64,000 nt of DNA from Eledone cirrhosa. Its lineage: Eukaryota. Shown here piece by piece: positions 46,932 to 60,190 of this stretch; the stretch's first letter is position 1; each line of letters starts with the position of its first letter. The translations under genes were made by a program, and so were the position numbers. The stretch is taken from NCBI GenBank assembly GCA_964016885.1, contig OZ024743.1, positions 10,478,001-10,542,000 of the forward strand, in the 5' to 3' direction. The notes beneath the pieces are model-generated. The model saw only the letters and a list, made by a program, of their open reading frames with translations, was not told the DNA's origin and did not search any database.

Positions 46932-49900
46932 ATGAATCTGCGAGCTACCAAGCACCCACGTGAAGCGCCAACCCAGAGACCCTCCCCTACGAGTGTCGAC
47001 AAATGCCCAAAACTCCGAGTTGGTACCATCAATGTAGGCTCAATGAAAGGAAGAGCAGGAGAAATCGTAGAAATGCTAGAGCGAAAGGAAGTTGATGTAT
47101 GCTGTGTGCAAGAGACTAGATGGAGAGGAGGGTCTGCTAGAGTCCTTGTAGGAAAAAGCCAGTGCTACAAATTTTTCTGGGTGGGAAATGACGATGGGAT
47201 GGGTGGTGTAGGTATACTATTAGCTGACAAGTGGGTAGATAAAGTAATCTCAGTGTACAGGGTAAATGCAAGAATCATTAAACTCAGACTAGTCCTGAAT
47301 AAGACAATTACCACAATAATATCAGCTTACGCACCCCAATCGGGGCTGCCAGACGAACTTAAGGATAGGTTTTACGAGTCCCTAATACACACTACTGCTC
47401 TAACAAACGACAAGGACTTCCTAATCATTGCAGGAGATTTTAACGGACACGTAGGTAAACACTGCGACGGCTTCAATAGAGTACATGGAGGCCATGGAGT
47501 TGGCACAAGGAATGAGGAAGGATTCAGACTTCTAGAATTCTGCGACGCCAATGACATGTCAATATGTAACACAAACTTTAAAAAACCCGACAACCACCTG
47601 ATCACCTATAGATCAGGGGAGCACTCTAGTCAGTTAGATTTTATCCTCATCAGAGGACGTGACAGATGGACGGTCGTAAACACAAAAGCCTTCCCTAGTG
47701 AGGAATGTACATCCCAACATAGCTTAGTTGTCAGCGACCTCACGGTCAGAACTAGACGAGCCCTGAAACAGAGGCCAACCTGGAGAAGAAAGATCTGGAA
47801 GCTGAAAGTCCCCTCAACCAGTAACAGATTTAAAGATATTTTACTCAACGCCTACGACAGTAAAGAAGAACAGATAGAGACATTTAACGTAGAAGAGAAC
47901 TGGGAGTTCCTAAAAAATAACTTACTAGAGGCGACGGATGAGGTTTGTGGCTGGAGTAAGACCTCAAGCAGGAGGAGAGTGACTTGGTGGTGGAACAATA
48001 AGGTAGATGAAGCAGTCGAGGCCAAGAGACAGGCATGGAAAGAATGGAAGAACGGGGGGAGCAGGGTACATTACATAGAGACCAAGAGGGAAGCTAGGCG
48101 ACAAGTATACTTAGCTAGGAGGGAAGCAGAGGATAGAAAATTCAAGCATGTTTTACAACGTGAGGACCAGAAACAGGAGGTATTCAAGATTGCGAGGCAG
48201 TGTGTCAGAGATAGTTGTGATGTCATTGGAGAGAAGTGTATCCGGAATGATAAAGGTGAGCTTGCCCTCACAAGTGCTGAGAAGAAAGATGCATGGAAGA
48301 GTCATTATGATAGATTACTAAATGAGGAGAATGCATGGGAAGAAGAGACCCTACCCCACGTAGACCCTATAGAGGGACCAGCAGTACAAGTCAGCGGCAG
48401 CGTAGTAAGTAAGGCAATCAGAGATATGAAGATAGGGAAGGCAACCGGTCCATCGGGTATAGCTGCCGAGATGCTGAAGGCATCTGGGTCTGTAGGTCAC
48501 ACTATAACCACACGTATCGTTAACCAGGTAATACTAGAGGGGGCCATACCAAAAGATTGGTGCAGTAGCATCATTGTCAACTGCTACAAAGGTAAAGGCG
48601 ATGCACTAGATAGAGGAAACTATAGAGGTATAAAGTTGATGGACCAGGTCATGAAAGTAACAGAAAGAGTTATAGCACAGCTGATTAGGGACCGGGTGAA
48701 TATAGACGAGATGCAATTTGGGTTTGTACCAGGGAAAGGCACCACTGATGCGCTCTTCCTTGTGAGGCAATTACAGGAAAAGTACCTAGCTAAAAGTAAG
48801 CCACTCTACTTGGCATTTGTCGACCTTGAGAAAGCCTTTGACAGAGTTCCACGTGCAGTAATCTGGTGGGCTCTTAGAAAACTAGGAGTAGATGAATGGC
48901 TTGTGAAAGCGGTACAAGCCATGTATAGGGGAGCAGTCAGCAAAGTTAGGATTGGCAATGAGTATAGCGAGGAATTTAGCGTACAGGTTGGGGTCCACCA
49001 GGGCTCTGTTCTTAGCCCTCTCCTGTTCATCATAGTCCTGCAGGCAATAACGGAGGAGTTTAAGACCGGATGCCCATGGGAACTCCTGTATGCTGATGAC
49101 CTCGCACTCGTAGCTGAATCTATGGTAGAACTAGAGAATAAATTCCAAACCTGGAAGCAGGGACTAGAGAGAAAGGGCCTCAAAGTCAACATGACAAAGA
49201 CTAAGGTCCTTATAAGTAGACGAGAAAACAGAACCCAGATCCCCTCAGGGAAATGGCCTTGCTCAGTATGTAGGTAGGAACTCTATTCTTTGCCCCAAAT
49301 GCAAACAATGGGTACACAAGAGATGTAGCGGGATCTCAGGAAGCTTAATTAAGAATGTAGGATTCACATGCAGCAGCTGTGCTGAAACAGCAAGCAAACA
49401 GCCACAGGAAACAAGTACCACCAATCTCTGGGAGGGCCCTGTAGAAACAGTAGACAGCTTCTGCTACCTAGGTGACCGAATTAGCAACGGAGGTGGGTGC
49501 TCAGAAAGTACAATAACTAGGGTAAGAACGGGATGGAAGAAGTTTAGGGAACTACTACCACTGCTAGCTGCAAAAGGCTTCTCCCTCAGAATGAAAGGCA
49601 GACTGTATGATGCGTGTATCCGAACAGCGATGTTGCATGGTAGTGAGACCTGGGCGCTGAAGGTGGAAGACTTACGTAGATTAGAGAGAAACGAAGCCTG
49701 CATGCTCCGATGGATGTGTAACAGTAATATACGTGAACGACAAAGCATAAATGAATTGAGAGAGAGACTGAGCATAAGAGGAATCAAATGCTGCGTGCAG
49801 GAGAGGCGGTTACGCTGGTATGGACATGTGATGCGTATGAAGGATGACAGCTGCATAAAAAGGTGCAGAGCACTAGAAGTTGATGGAAACCGCGGAGTGG

Positions 49901-50040
49901 GGAGACCCAAGATGACTTGGGATGAGGTGATAAAAGCCGACCTTACCCAACTACACCTCTCAAAGTCAATAACACACGACCGTGACCTCTGGCGTCACGC
50001 AGTAATACAGGGTACCCGACCTCCCATGGGTACATGCTGA
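46932..50040 (+). pseudogene. APE-RT(PHD) ORF with a single frameshift (1039 aa if repaired)
   Basis: GTINVG, VQETRW, AYAPQ, GDFNGH, QLDFIL, SQH and YADD are present. tgtaggaaaggtgtagg (26757) has collapsed to tgtagg. Confidence 0.92.
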
Positions 50041-50334
50041 AGCATATAAACAATATGCCCCCCCCCCACCGCAAGGTGGTCGTGGAGGTGCCACGGCAAA
50101 AAAGCACCCAGCCCACACTGTAAAGTGGACGTGTAGGCGCCACGAAAAAGCACCCAGCACTCACTGTAAATGAGGTTGGTGTTAGGAAGGGCATCCAGCT
50201 GTAGAAATCAAGCCAGATCAGTTCCTGTATGAGCAAGGCATGGTCAGCCGACCAGACACTGCCCACAACAGGACAACCCGTCTAACCCATGCTAGCGTGG
50301 AAGAACGGACGTAAAACGGTGATGATGATGATGA

Positions 50335-50386
<52 letters not shown>

Positions 50387-50394
<8 letters not shown>

Positions 50395-51168
50395 GACGTA
50401 AAATAAGAAAATTATAAAAATTAACTTACTAAAATTTCACTCCAACTAATTAGTTTCTAAAAGGGAATAAACATGGTTTCCAAATGGAAAGCATAGAGAA
50501 GCCATTTCGTCATCAGTAAGTCGTTCTCAGCTAAGATCCCAGGCGATGCGTGGACACAGGGAACTTATACAAAAATAATTCAGTGGGTGGAAAAAAGCAA
50601 GCGTGGACTAAATTCCACGACATTGAAAAAATCACTGCCTACTTCGTCGGTGGCAAATTCAAAAGAATCAATCACGTGACATCGAGGTTAATCAGTGAGG
50701 AGTGGGGTGTTAAAAAGACAGTAGCCAAGCTATTACTATGAACTATAGTAGCAGTTTTGGCAAATTTTTGTTCAACAAAATAATTTGGAGATAATTATAC
50801 TATAGTTCATAGTAATAGCTTGGCTACTGTCTTTTTAACACCCCACTCCTCACTGATTAACCTCGATGTCACGTGATTGATTCTTTTGAATTTGCCACCG
50901 ACCAAGTAGGCAGTAATTTTTTTCAATGTCGTGGAATTTAGTCCACGCTTGCTTTTTTTTCCATCCACTGAATTATTTTTGTATAAGTTCCCTGTGTCCA
51001 CGCATCGCCTGGGATCTTAGCTGAGAACAACTTCCTGATGACGAAATGGCTTCTCCATGCTTTCCATTTGGAAACCATGTTTATTCCCTTTCAGAAACTA
51101 ATTAGTTGGAGTGAAATTTTAGTAAGTAAGTTAATTTTTATAATTTTCTTATTTTACGTCTTTCATAT
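50387..51168. mobile_element. Long foldback/MITE-like element with ~365-bp arms and 47-bp spacer
   Basis: 50387-50750 is the reverse complement of 50798-51168. Mirror ORFs at 50550+ and 50807-. TA-terminated. Confidence 0.85.
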
Positions 51169-51510
51169 AATTGTTCTGCATCCCCTTGCATTGAACCACA
51201 CACAAAGTTACTAAGACAAAACCTATATATTTGCTGGCATAGGTATGCATCTGTATATATATGTTGGTAGATATACTAATTCTTTATATATATATATATA
51301 TATATGATATGATATACATACACATTTCATAAAATTGTAGGAATCTCAAAAACAGAAATAACTGTAAAACAGCCAGCTGCTATGATGATCATAGGAAAGA
51401 ATTGGGTTAAACAAAACATCTTAATTAATGGAAGAGTTCTCAGAGTAATACTAATAAAACTTTGTTCATTTGCAGCCCTGATTTTGTGTTGTCATTTCTT
51501 CAACTATATA

Positions 51511-51873
51511 TCATCATCATCATCATCATACGTCCGCTTTTCCCTGCTTGCAAGGGTGGGACAGGAACTGATTCTGGCTTGATTTCTACAGCTGGATGCC
51601 CTTCCTAACACCAACCTCATTTACAGTGAGTGCTGGGTGCTTTTGTCCCATGGCCCCTACACGTGCACTTTACAGTGTGGGCTGGGTGCTTTTTTGCCAT
51701 GGCACCTCCATGACCACTTTGCAGTGGAATGATAGGGAACCCAGTCCTATCATCTCATTTCTACAGCTGAATAAACTGGAGCAATGTGAAATAAAGTGTC
51801 ATCACCCAGTCTGAGAATTGAACTCACAACCTTTTGAATGCAAGGCCAATGCTCTAACCACTAAGCCATATGT
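51511..51873 (-). mobile_element. tRNA-derived SINE of the 22165 family, carrying two copies of the 48-nt module
   Basis: Same head and tail as 22165-22496. Confidence 0.9.
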
Positions 51874-51894
51874 ATCTTATATATATATATGTAT

Positions 51895-52610
51895 CTTCAT
51901 CAACATCATCTTTGTTTAACGTCCATTTTCCATGCTAGCATGGGTTAGAGGGGTTGTCCCATTAAAGGCAAGTTAGGTCAGGTTACCGTGTCTTGCTTAT
52001 ATAGAGCTGTTTCTGGCTAGCTTTCTATGGCTGGATGCCCTTCCTAATGCCAATCACATTTACAGTGTGTGGTGGTTGCTTTTTGTCATGACACCTACAT
52101 GACTACCATAGAGTATGAGCTGGGTACTTTTTGTTATGACACCTACATTACCACTTTACAGTGTGGGCTGGGTGCTTCTTGTTATGACACCTACATTACC
52201 ACTTTACAGTGTGGGCTGGGTACTTTTTGTTATGACACCTACATTACCACTTTACAGTGTGGGCTGGGTACTTTTTGTTATGACACCTACATTACCACTT
52301 TACAGTGTGGGCTGGGTACTTTTTGTTATGACACCTACATTACCACTTTACAGTGTGGGCTGGGTGCTTCTTGTTGTGACATACACACGACAACTTTACA
52401 GTGTGGCCTGGATGATTTTCTGTTGTGATACCAACATAACTTTACATTGTAAGGGTGGTATAAACAGAAGTGGGTGGGTGTAGGGGTGTGGTGGTGTATG
52501 CAAGGAAATAGAGTGGCTAAGGGTTGTCTATTAGATGTATGTTTAAGTCTATATGCATGGGAAGGCGTGTCTTCTGTACTACTACATAACACGAAAGATC
52601 TCAATCCTGT
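51895..52610 (-). mobile_element. Older RTE 3' end with an expanded module array in its 3' UTR
   Basis: RTE terminus at 51900-51950, GGAAGGGCATCC motif near 52040, and ORF-end-like sequence at 52545-52605. Confidence 0.8.
52078..52450. repeat. About 7.5 x 48-bp tandem repeat
   Basis: Unit ttttgttatgacacctacattaccactttacagtgtgggctgggtact. Confidence 0.93.
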
Positions 52611-52897
52611 AAATCCTGTATATATATATATACATACAGATATACATACATATATGTGTGTGTTCACATGTTTGCATGTGTGTGTCTTGAGTGTATTTGT
52701 GCATGTATCAAAGAGAATTTGATGCTAAGGTATTGCATTTCAGAATTATATGATTGGGAGTTCACCTTATACTAGAGTGATTGTTATTGTACATCTAAGA
52801 AAAGAAAAATGAAGAATTCTATTTTCCAAGATAGGAAGATGCATGATAGAAAAAGAAAGTGTACATGTGTGTGTGCTTCCGTGTATATATATATATA

Positions 52898-52946
<49 letters not shown>

Positions 52947-52957
52947 GTGTGTGTATG

Positions 52958-52991
<34 letters not shown>

Positions 52992-53769
52992 TCTATGCAT
53001 ATATGTACATGCACACAAGCACATACACATATATATATATATATATATATATGAAAGCATTTATATCATCAGGCTGAAAAGCAAACATCAAGTATATAAT
53101 TAAGATATATTCCAATTTGGAATAGAGACCTTCCCAGTAGTTAATTAAAACTAATTAGTGAAGAAATCCATCATTAGATTGATACAAAAATTACAGCACA
53201 TTTTGTGCAGGAGAGATAATTAAGAAGGGTAGATAATTAAGGTTTCTATGGTATGACCAAATTTTCTGTAGGCTTATATCTGTTAAATAAGATCTGTAAC
53301 TATCTAAATAGAATTTAGTCATTGTTTTTGTTGTTTTTATTATTATCTTAAGGCTAGATATTATTAAACAGACCCATTAAATAACTATTCCAGCCATGAC
53401 TATCCTACATTTTTCTATATCAGAGATTATATTGTCTAATGTGTCCTTTCTTTTTATAAAAGTGGTTGAATATGATTTTAGGGAGATTTGATTGCTATTT
53501 TTAACAGTTTCAGTGATTACATAATGATTCTCTCATCTGACTCATAGTTGACATGTGTTTTTTGAGGGTTTTTTTTTTAAGGTGGTTCTGAAAGATGCCT
53601 TGAAACATATTCTTGCTATGTTATAGAATTTTATTTTAGAATCCTGTGTGATATAAAGCAACTTCACTTCATGCCATAATAAAATGTAGCCAGTATGCTA
53701 TGTAAAAGGGTTATCAATTGAATAGAAACAATATAGGCTTAAAAGGACCTATATTCTTGTTGGAGACAT

Positions 53770-54085
53770 AGCCTCTCTAGTGCTGGTATCATGATGAAAT
53801 GCACACAGTACATTCTGCAAAATGGTTAGTGATTGAACACAGACAATGTAGAGTCAAGAAGATGTGCTGGTTTCATGATAAAATGCACCCAGTATACTCA
53901 GTAAAGTGAATGGCATTAATAATGGCACCCATCCATAGAAACCACGTCAAAAATTGAATTTACGAGAGATGCGTTCCTCCAGCCCATCGAGATAGGAAGT
54001 AACACAAAATAAGGACTGACTCAGTTTGTGATCACCTGTCCAACCCATGCCAGCATGGAAATCGCATGTAAAATAATGATGATAT
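53770..54085 (+). mobile_element. Decayed SINE/RTE-type 3' region with two module copies
   Basis: gtgctggt..catgat(g/a)aaatgcac(a/c)cagta occurs twice, then aacccatgccagcatggaa..gtaaaataatgatgat. Confidence 0.65.
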
Positions 54086-54559
54086 ATGAAGTAATTTGAC
54101 AGTGTAATGTATTGGTTAGTTATTGATCATTTCACATCATCATCATCATCATTTTTATCATCAACACCCCATGATAATCATCATCATCATCATTATCATT
54201 TCCATACTAGTATGTGTTGGTTTCATGCATAGATATAATATTATGTAGAAACGTAATGATTTTGCAAAGCAAAAACCTAAAACTAGGAGAGCAAATCAGT
54301 TGAGTAATTAGAGTATTGGATAGAATGTCTTGCAGTATTTGTTCCTGCATTTGATACACTGAGTTCAAATTTTTCAGAGGTCATCATGGTTTTTCTTATT
54401 TAGGGTCGATAAATAAAGTACCAGAAAGTACTGGTGTAAATTCTTCTTTCTCCTATCTATTTCACTTTTATAACTATCAAGATGGTGTATTGTAAGAATT
54501 TCAAATGAAAATTTAATGACACCTACATAATGCTTATAAAGGGTGTCACCAGCAGTCAT

Positions 54560-54870
54560 TCATTCGCCTGGTAACATAAAGTAGGTAAAAACACTTCTCC
54601 CGTTGCAATCTGTGACTAACCCAGGCTCTGCTGCACTTCAGGCTGGGGAGGGTTAACTCTCCAAATATCGGTTGCTCTTCAACAGGTTTGTGGTGGAGCC
54701 CGTAGCAGTGGATACTTCTGTAGTCCTTAGACCTAGAACCTCTTCCCTACTCACCACCATTGGCATGGAGTTGCATAACCGCCGGTGTGAGCCTCGCAAG
54801 CTGGAATAGCTCTTGCAGCACGTTCCCCTCACCATCCTCCAGGGAAACTTTTTCACTATTCTATCCACCA
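54560..54870 (+). mobile_element. CRE-like non-LTR retrotransposon C-terminal fragment
   Basis: PGSAALQAGEG*LSKY..FVVEPVAVDTS..IG..EPRKLE*LLQHVPLTILQGN..IL resembles the RLE C-terminus pattern (PIAVET..QRLS.A.QRGN). Confidence 0.6.
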
Positions 54871-57159
54871 TGGCCACGGGGTGACCAGGGTGTGGGACCC
54901 CATTTGCTCATAATAGTGAGAGATGGGGAGAGCAGGAGAGACAGAAGCAGGGACACTGGTAGTTTGGTCCCATTGTGTTCAGACCTGGTGTATATATCTA
55001 TTTACCGCACCACATATACAACTTTTTTAAGTAGAAAAATTCAGGCGTAGCCTTCACATTGATAAATGTATGCCCCAGCATGACTGCATTCTAATGACTG
55101 AAATATATAAAAGAATAGAAGCAGCATATTTTGACATTTTGTTACATCAGATTTTAAAAGATTTAATTGAGTGAATTTGATTAAATATTATAATACTCGA
55201 TGGTTTTGAGTGAAGGGATGAGAGAAAAAGAACATTTCTTTGTTATGCCACATCTTGGTAAATACTTCTGGTTTAGTTCACATATTTAGCTGATATATGT
55301 GTTAGTAAAACAAATCCTAATCAATATAATAACAATGATGATGAAAGTGATAGCAATGAGGAGGAAGAGGAGAAAGGATAACTATGACAATCATAATAGC
55401 AATGATGGCTATGAAGATCATAGCAATTATGATGTTAATCATAATTAAACTAGAAACCTGTTGGAATGAGAGTAAATTAGTAATTATTAGTTACTACCCA
55501 TCTTTGTAAGATATAATTGGGGTGGGGTGGGGGTGGGGATACAGGAGATGAAGTTCAGTTTAGATCATGACATGAATTTTTTCTAGTCTTCATCTGATGG
55601 AATAAACTTCAGTTTAGGTAGCAGAGAATTTCATTATCAGTTAAAGGAAGATGCCTGAATATTCTGCAGCAATCAGTGTTGTTAGGGTCAGGTAGAAAGG
55701 GATGATGATCATCATCTTCATAATCATATCAAGACTCTGATGATGAAGATGGTGATTGATGATGATTGATGATTGTAGTGATGATGTTGGTGGTGTTGAT
55801 GGTTTTCACAGTAGTGGTAGTGGTGGTAATAGTAATATAGCTGGTGTCTGTGGTAATGACGATGAAGATTTAATTAACATTGATATGAATTTGAAGACAT
55901 CTTGGATTCAATAACTAGTAAGATTATTGCCGATGATTGCCATTAACAATAGATTGCACTTTTAGCCTTAGTTGAAAACAGATATCAAGATAAGAGCTAT
56001 ATTTCAAAATAATATATTTTCATTTATCAGTTTCATAACTGTAAATCCTCTCTTATTGACCTCATGCTTTTCCTATTAACTTTTATGGTAATCAATATTG
56101 TTTTATTATAAAGTGGTGGATTAGTAGAAATAATAGAATGCTGAATTAAAACCTTAAGAGTGTTAAGCTTCATTCTTTTACACTCTGGGTTCAAATTCTA
56201 CTACATCAATTTTACCTTTCACCTTTTAAGAATTGATGAAAAGAAGTACCAGTCATAGAATGAGAGCAATTCAATCAACTACGTTCATCCCTTTCTAATT
56301 TGTAAATATCAGTTTTATTTTATTACAAAAGTCAGCAGAGCATGCAAAAATGGCAGAACATTACACTAAAGTTATTACTATGAAAAATTTCAAACTGTGG
56401 TATGACTGTCCTGATCTTTAATCCCTGCTAAAATTAATTTCAGCTTCCATATCACTAAAGATGAGAAAATAGGTAACAGTGGTACATTAAGGCCAAGTCA
56501 ATCCCTATCTTATGTTCCAAAAGAATGATTAGATGAAAACTTAATAGTAAAGTAAATGCTAGCATGCTTGCTGCAGTAGGCTAAGAAAATTTGAAGCAGA
56601 TCCTGAATGAAATTAATCCTGAATTCTTTTACCCTTATATTTTGGAAAAGAAGGAAAATTGCATTGTTCATGTTTCCCCTGAACATTAGTGGCATAATTA
56701 GAATGCAATTATTTCAATCATGCCACAATGTCATATCACCACAGTATTACCACTAATCAATGAATAAATAGATATTGATATACATAGGATGTAGGTATGT
56801 TTGTGTAGTTAAGAAGTAGACTTCACAACCTTATAGTCTTGGTTTCAACCCACTAAGGGATATATATTCATCTATATAATATATGATAGAAGACCATACA
56901 TTATATGGACGTCTATGATAGCCTCAAGTTGACCAATACCTTGAGAGTGAAATCTGGAAGCTGCAGAAGACCATCATATATGGTCATCATAATTTTATAT
57001 CCATTCCCTAAGCTTGCATAACTTGAATGGATCTTATTTATCAACGACTCTCCCCACTTATTGCAGTCTTACTATCTACTTCATGAGGTTCATCATCTCA
57101 AGATTAGCCTTCAGCATTTCTTTCTCAGTCTTCCTCAGCCTTCTTCAGAAGCCCTCTTT

Positions 57160-57645
57160 CTGGTGAGATAACTACAGGAGAGGTATTTAGCTAAGAGTAA
57201 GCCACTGTACCTAGCATTTGTAGATCTAAAGAAAGCCATTGACAGGGTCCCATGCTCTATAAGCTAGTGGCCACTTAGGAAGCTAGGCATTGACAAATGG
57301 CTTGAGAGGGCAATGCAGGCCATATATAAAAGAGCAGCCAGTGGGGTGAGGGGTGACAATAAGTACAGCAATAAGTTTGAAGTGCAAGTGGCATAAGCAA
57401 TCTGAGGGAATTGGTTGTAGTGTGCAAGAGAGCAGACTGCATTGATATGGCCATGTGATGTGCATGGAAAATAGTAGCTGCATAAACAAATGCAGGAAAC
57501 CCCGGTGGATGGGACCTATGGAAGAGGCAGACCCAGGAAGACATGGGATGAGGTTCTAAAGACTGAACTTTAAAAAGCTAGACCTTACAACAGAAATGAC
57601 TAAAGACTGCAAGGGATGGTGCTATGCAGAGCTGAAGACCTGACC
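57160..57645 (+). mobile_element. Old, internally deleted RTE fragment
   Basis: [26 protein letters not shown] joined to ..[20 protein letters not shown]. Confidence 0.85.
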
Positions 57646-57898
57646 TGCAGTATATAATATGTATGCATACATGTATGTATGATCATCATCTTGATCATTC
57701 TATATCTGATTTCCATGACTTAAGACCATTGCTCTCCCAGATAGTATGGAGGATTATGCCTCACAAATGTTACACTTTTGCCTTTTTCCAACACCAGCCT
57801 TTTTTGAGAGTGTATTGAGGAGATATTATAATGGCACCACCACTAGAGATGTTGTCATGTCTCTCATTCAACTAAAGATCCTTTCTGTCGTACACAAA

Positions 57899-58852
57899 TC
57901 ATCATCATCATCATCGTTTAACGTCCATCTTCCACGCTAGCATGGGTTTGGACGGGAATTTTCCCACTTGCGGCAAGATTGGTTGTCTTGCTCGTATAGG
58001 ACTGTCTGGCGGGTTTTCTACGGCTGGATGCCCTTCCTAACACCAACCACGTTTACAGTGTGGACTGGGAGGTTTTTACTGTGTTACCTACACGGCCACA
58101 TTACAGCGTGGACTGTGTTTTTTTGTCATGACACCTACACGCCCTCATTTGTTTCGGACTGGATGCTGTGGTACCAACATAACTTTATTTTGGAAGGGCT
58201 AGTGTGGATCGGGTGGGGGTAGTGGGGCCGGGGTGTATTTTTGTTAGAGGTGCCTACTGACTGTAGTAGGTTTCACTTTGTACTTAGGCAAGGCGGGTCT
58301 TCTGTATTACTGTGTAGCGCCAAAGATCTCGGTCCAGTGACATTGTCTTGGAGAGGTGTAAGTGTGTGAGGTCGGAGTTTAACAAGTCGTCCCAGATTTT
58401 TCTGGGTCTGCCTACTCCGTGGCTACCGTCTATTTTTATCGCCCTACACTTTGTTATACAGTTGTCGTCTTTCATGCGCATCACGTGACCATACCAACAT
58501 AGTCTTCTCTCGAGTAAACAGCATCTGATCCCTCTTATTCCTAATTTCTCCCTTAGTTCGTTTATGCTTTGCCGTTCACGTATATTACTATTACACATCC
58601 AGCGGAGCATGCAAGCTTCGTTCCTCTCTAGTCTGCGTATATCCTCTGCACACAATGCCCAGGTCTCACTGCCATGCAACATTGCTGTTCGTATGCAGGC
58701 ATCATACAGCCTGCCTTTCATTTTTAGTGAGAACCCTTTAGCAACCAATAGTGGTATAAGCTCTCTGAACTTTTTCCATCCCGTTCTGACTCTAGCTACT
58801 GTACTTTCGGAGCACCCTCCACCACTGCTGATTTTGTCACCCAGGTAACGGA
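57899..58852 (-). mobile_element. RTE family A 3' fragment
   Basis: ORF 58284-58952 from FRYLG onward, A-type 3' UTR and (GAT)n tail. Confidence 0.93.
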
Positions 58853-59984
58853 AAAATATATATGTATATTCTGATGTAAATAATGGGAAAATTGGAAAAC
58901 TGGTGCTTTTTGAGATATTTGTGATATTTGTTCTGCCCTGACCTACATACACTCTCTTGTCACATTCACCACCAGAAATGCTATAAACTAATAATTTATC
59001 AATTAGAAAGCCGCCAATTACTATGTAGAATAATTATAAAATAAATAGGTACAAGATGTTGGATTTATATGAGATTCTTGGCTGTTTGAAATGTGTTAAC
59101 AATATAAAGTAAATGTTGTAATGATCATATATTAAAGCCATTCTATGGATTAAGTTCACTGGGGATTTATCATCTCTACTCTATGGGACTCACCTTGTAA
59201 ATAAATCAATATTATTTCATTATATATTTTTCTCCCTTTTATTTTGCAAAGGCTTATAAGTTTATTTTATTCCGTAACTAAAATATTTCGACTAAATTTA
59301 TAGTTTATAGCATGAATTTTAAAGTAATTTTTAATTTCCCAATTAAAAGATATACATAAATCTCTGATAATAAATCACTATTTTTGACAGCTGCCATAAA
59401 TTTCAGAGATTGAGGATATTAAAAAAAGATTGCTTTGCTTCCATCAATATGTGATTTCAGATTTTAACTATTGAGGTTATCTGCATATATTTTATTCCAT
59501 GGCTGATTGATTTACTAGGAAAGTCATTGATATATGACAAAGCTTTTTTTTCTTTTTCTTTGGGCAAAAAGATCATAGTTAATTCGATTTGCTGCTCCTT
59601 CCATGATGTAATTGCACCATCATATGATTTATAATGAAAATGTATTGAAGGCATGAATAGTTGTGACAGGAGTTTCTCTCCAATCTTTCAATTTTTGCTG
59701 TACATTGTTAAGTTAGATTAGTGATAATACAATTGTTTTACATAATGTCGAATTTTAGCTTAGTACTTCAATTGAATTAATAATAACTAATTTTATAGTG
59801 CTTCTCACTATTTACAGTTGTAAACTGAACCTCTATATGGTACATATAAACAAGTGAACTATATAACTCTCTTTGCAAATGATACATTAGAACGCTGAGA
59901 ATAATTGTAAACTTTCATACTTTTTGCTTTTACTGTATCATTGTAGCATCCTAATGACATAATCAAATATAGCTCTGATGACAA

Positions 59985-60190
59985 CGAAAAGTGAGTCTCT
60001 ACATGGTCTCAACACCTGCTAGAAATAGTAGCCAATTTTTTCTTAGATCAGACCCTACTCTCTTATAAATTTAGGACACTTTGGGTAATATACTTCTAGA
60101 TACATTGCATGAAAATAAGATTTAATAGTAATGTCTTTAATGATTTTATCATAAGTCTACTTCTTGACATCTGACTGAGGGCTAAACAAC
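59985..60190 (+). repeat. Old interspersed repeat; an inverted relative lies at ~53340-53545
   Basis: ctgctagaaatagtagccaat..aggacact..tagataca corresponds to the reverse complement of 53430-53510. Confidence 0.4.

Larger units (their letters stand above)
45597..50339 (+). mobile_element. RTE family B, full-length and very young, with one 11-bp deletion
   Basis: 5' tandem monomers, ORF 46932-50040 broken once near 49273, 3' UTR and (GAT)n tail. (TA)n on both sides. Confidence 0.96.

Noticed and set aside
51030-51060. CTGATGA-C-GAAA in the palindrome arm (similar at ~59975)
   Set aside because: There is no stem II and no convincing stems I/III, so it is likely a chance match to the hammerhead core.
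52078-52450. CRISPR-like appearance of the 48-bp array
   Set aside because: There are no unique spacers and no cas genes, and the context is eukaryotic. It is a tandem repeat.
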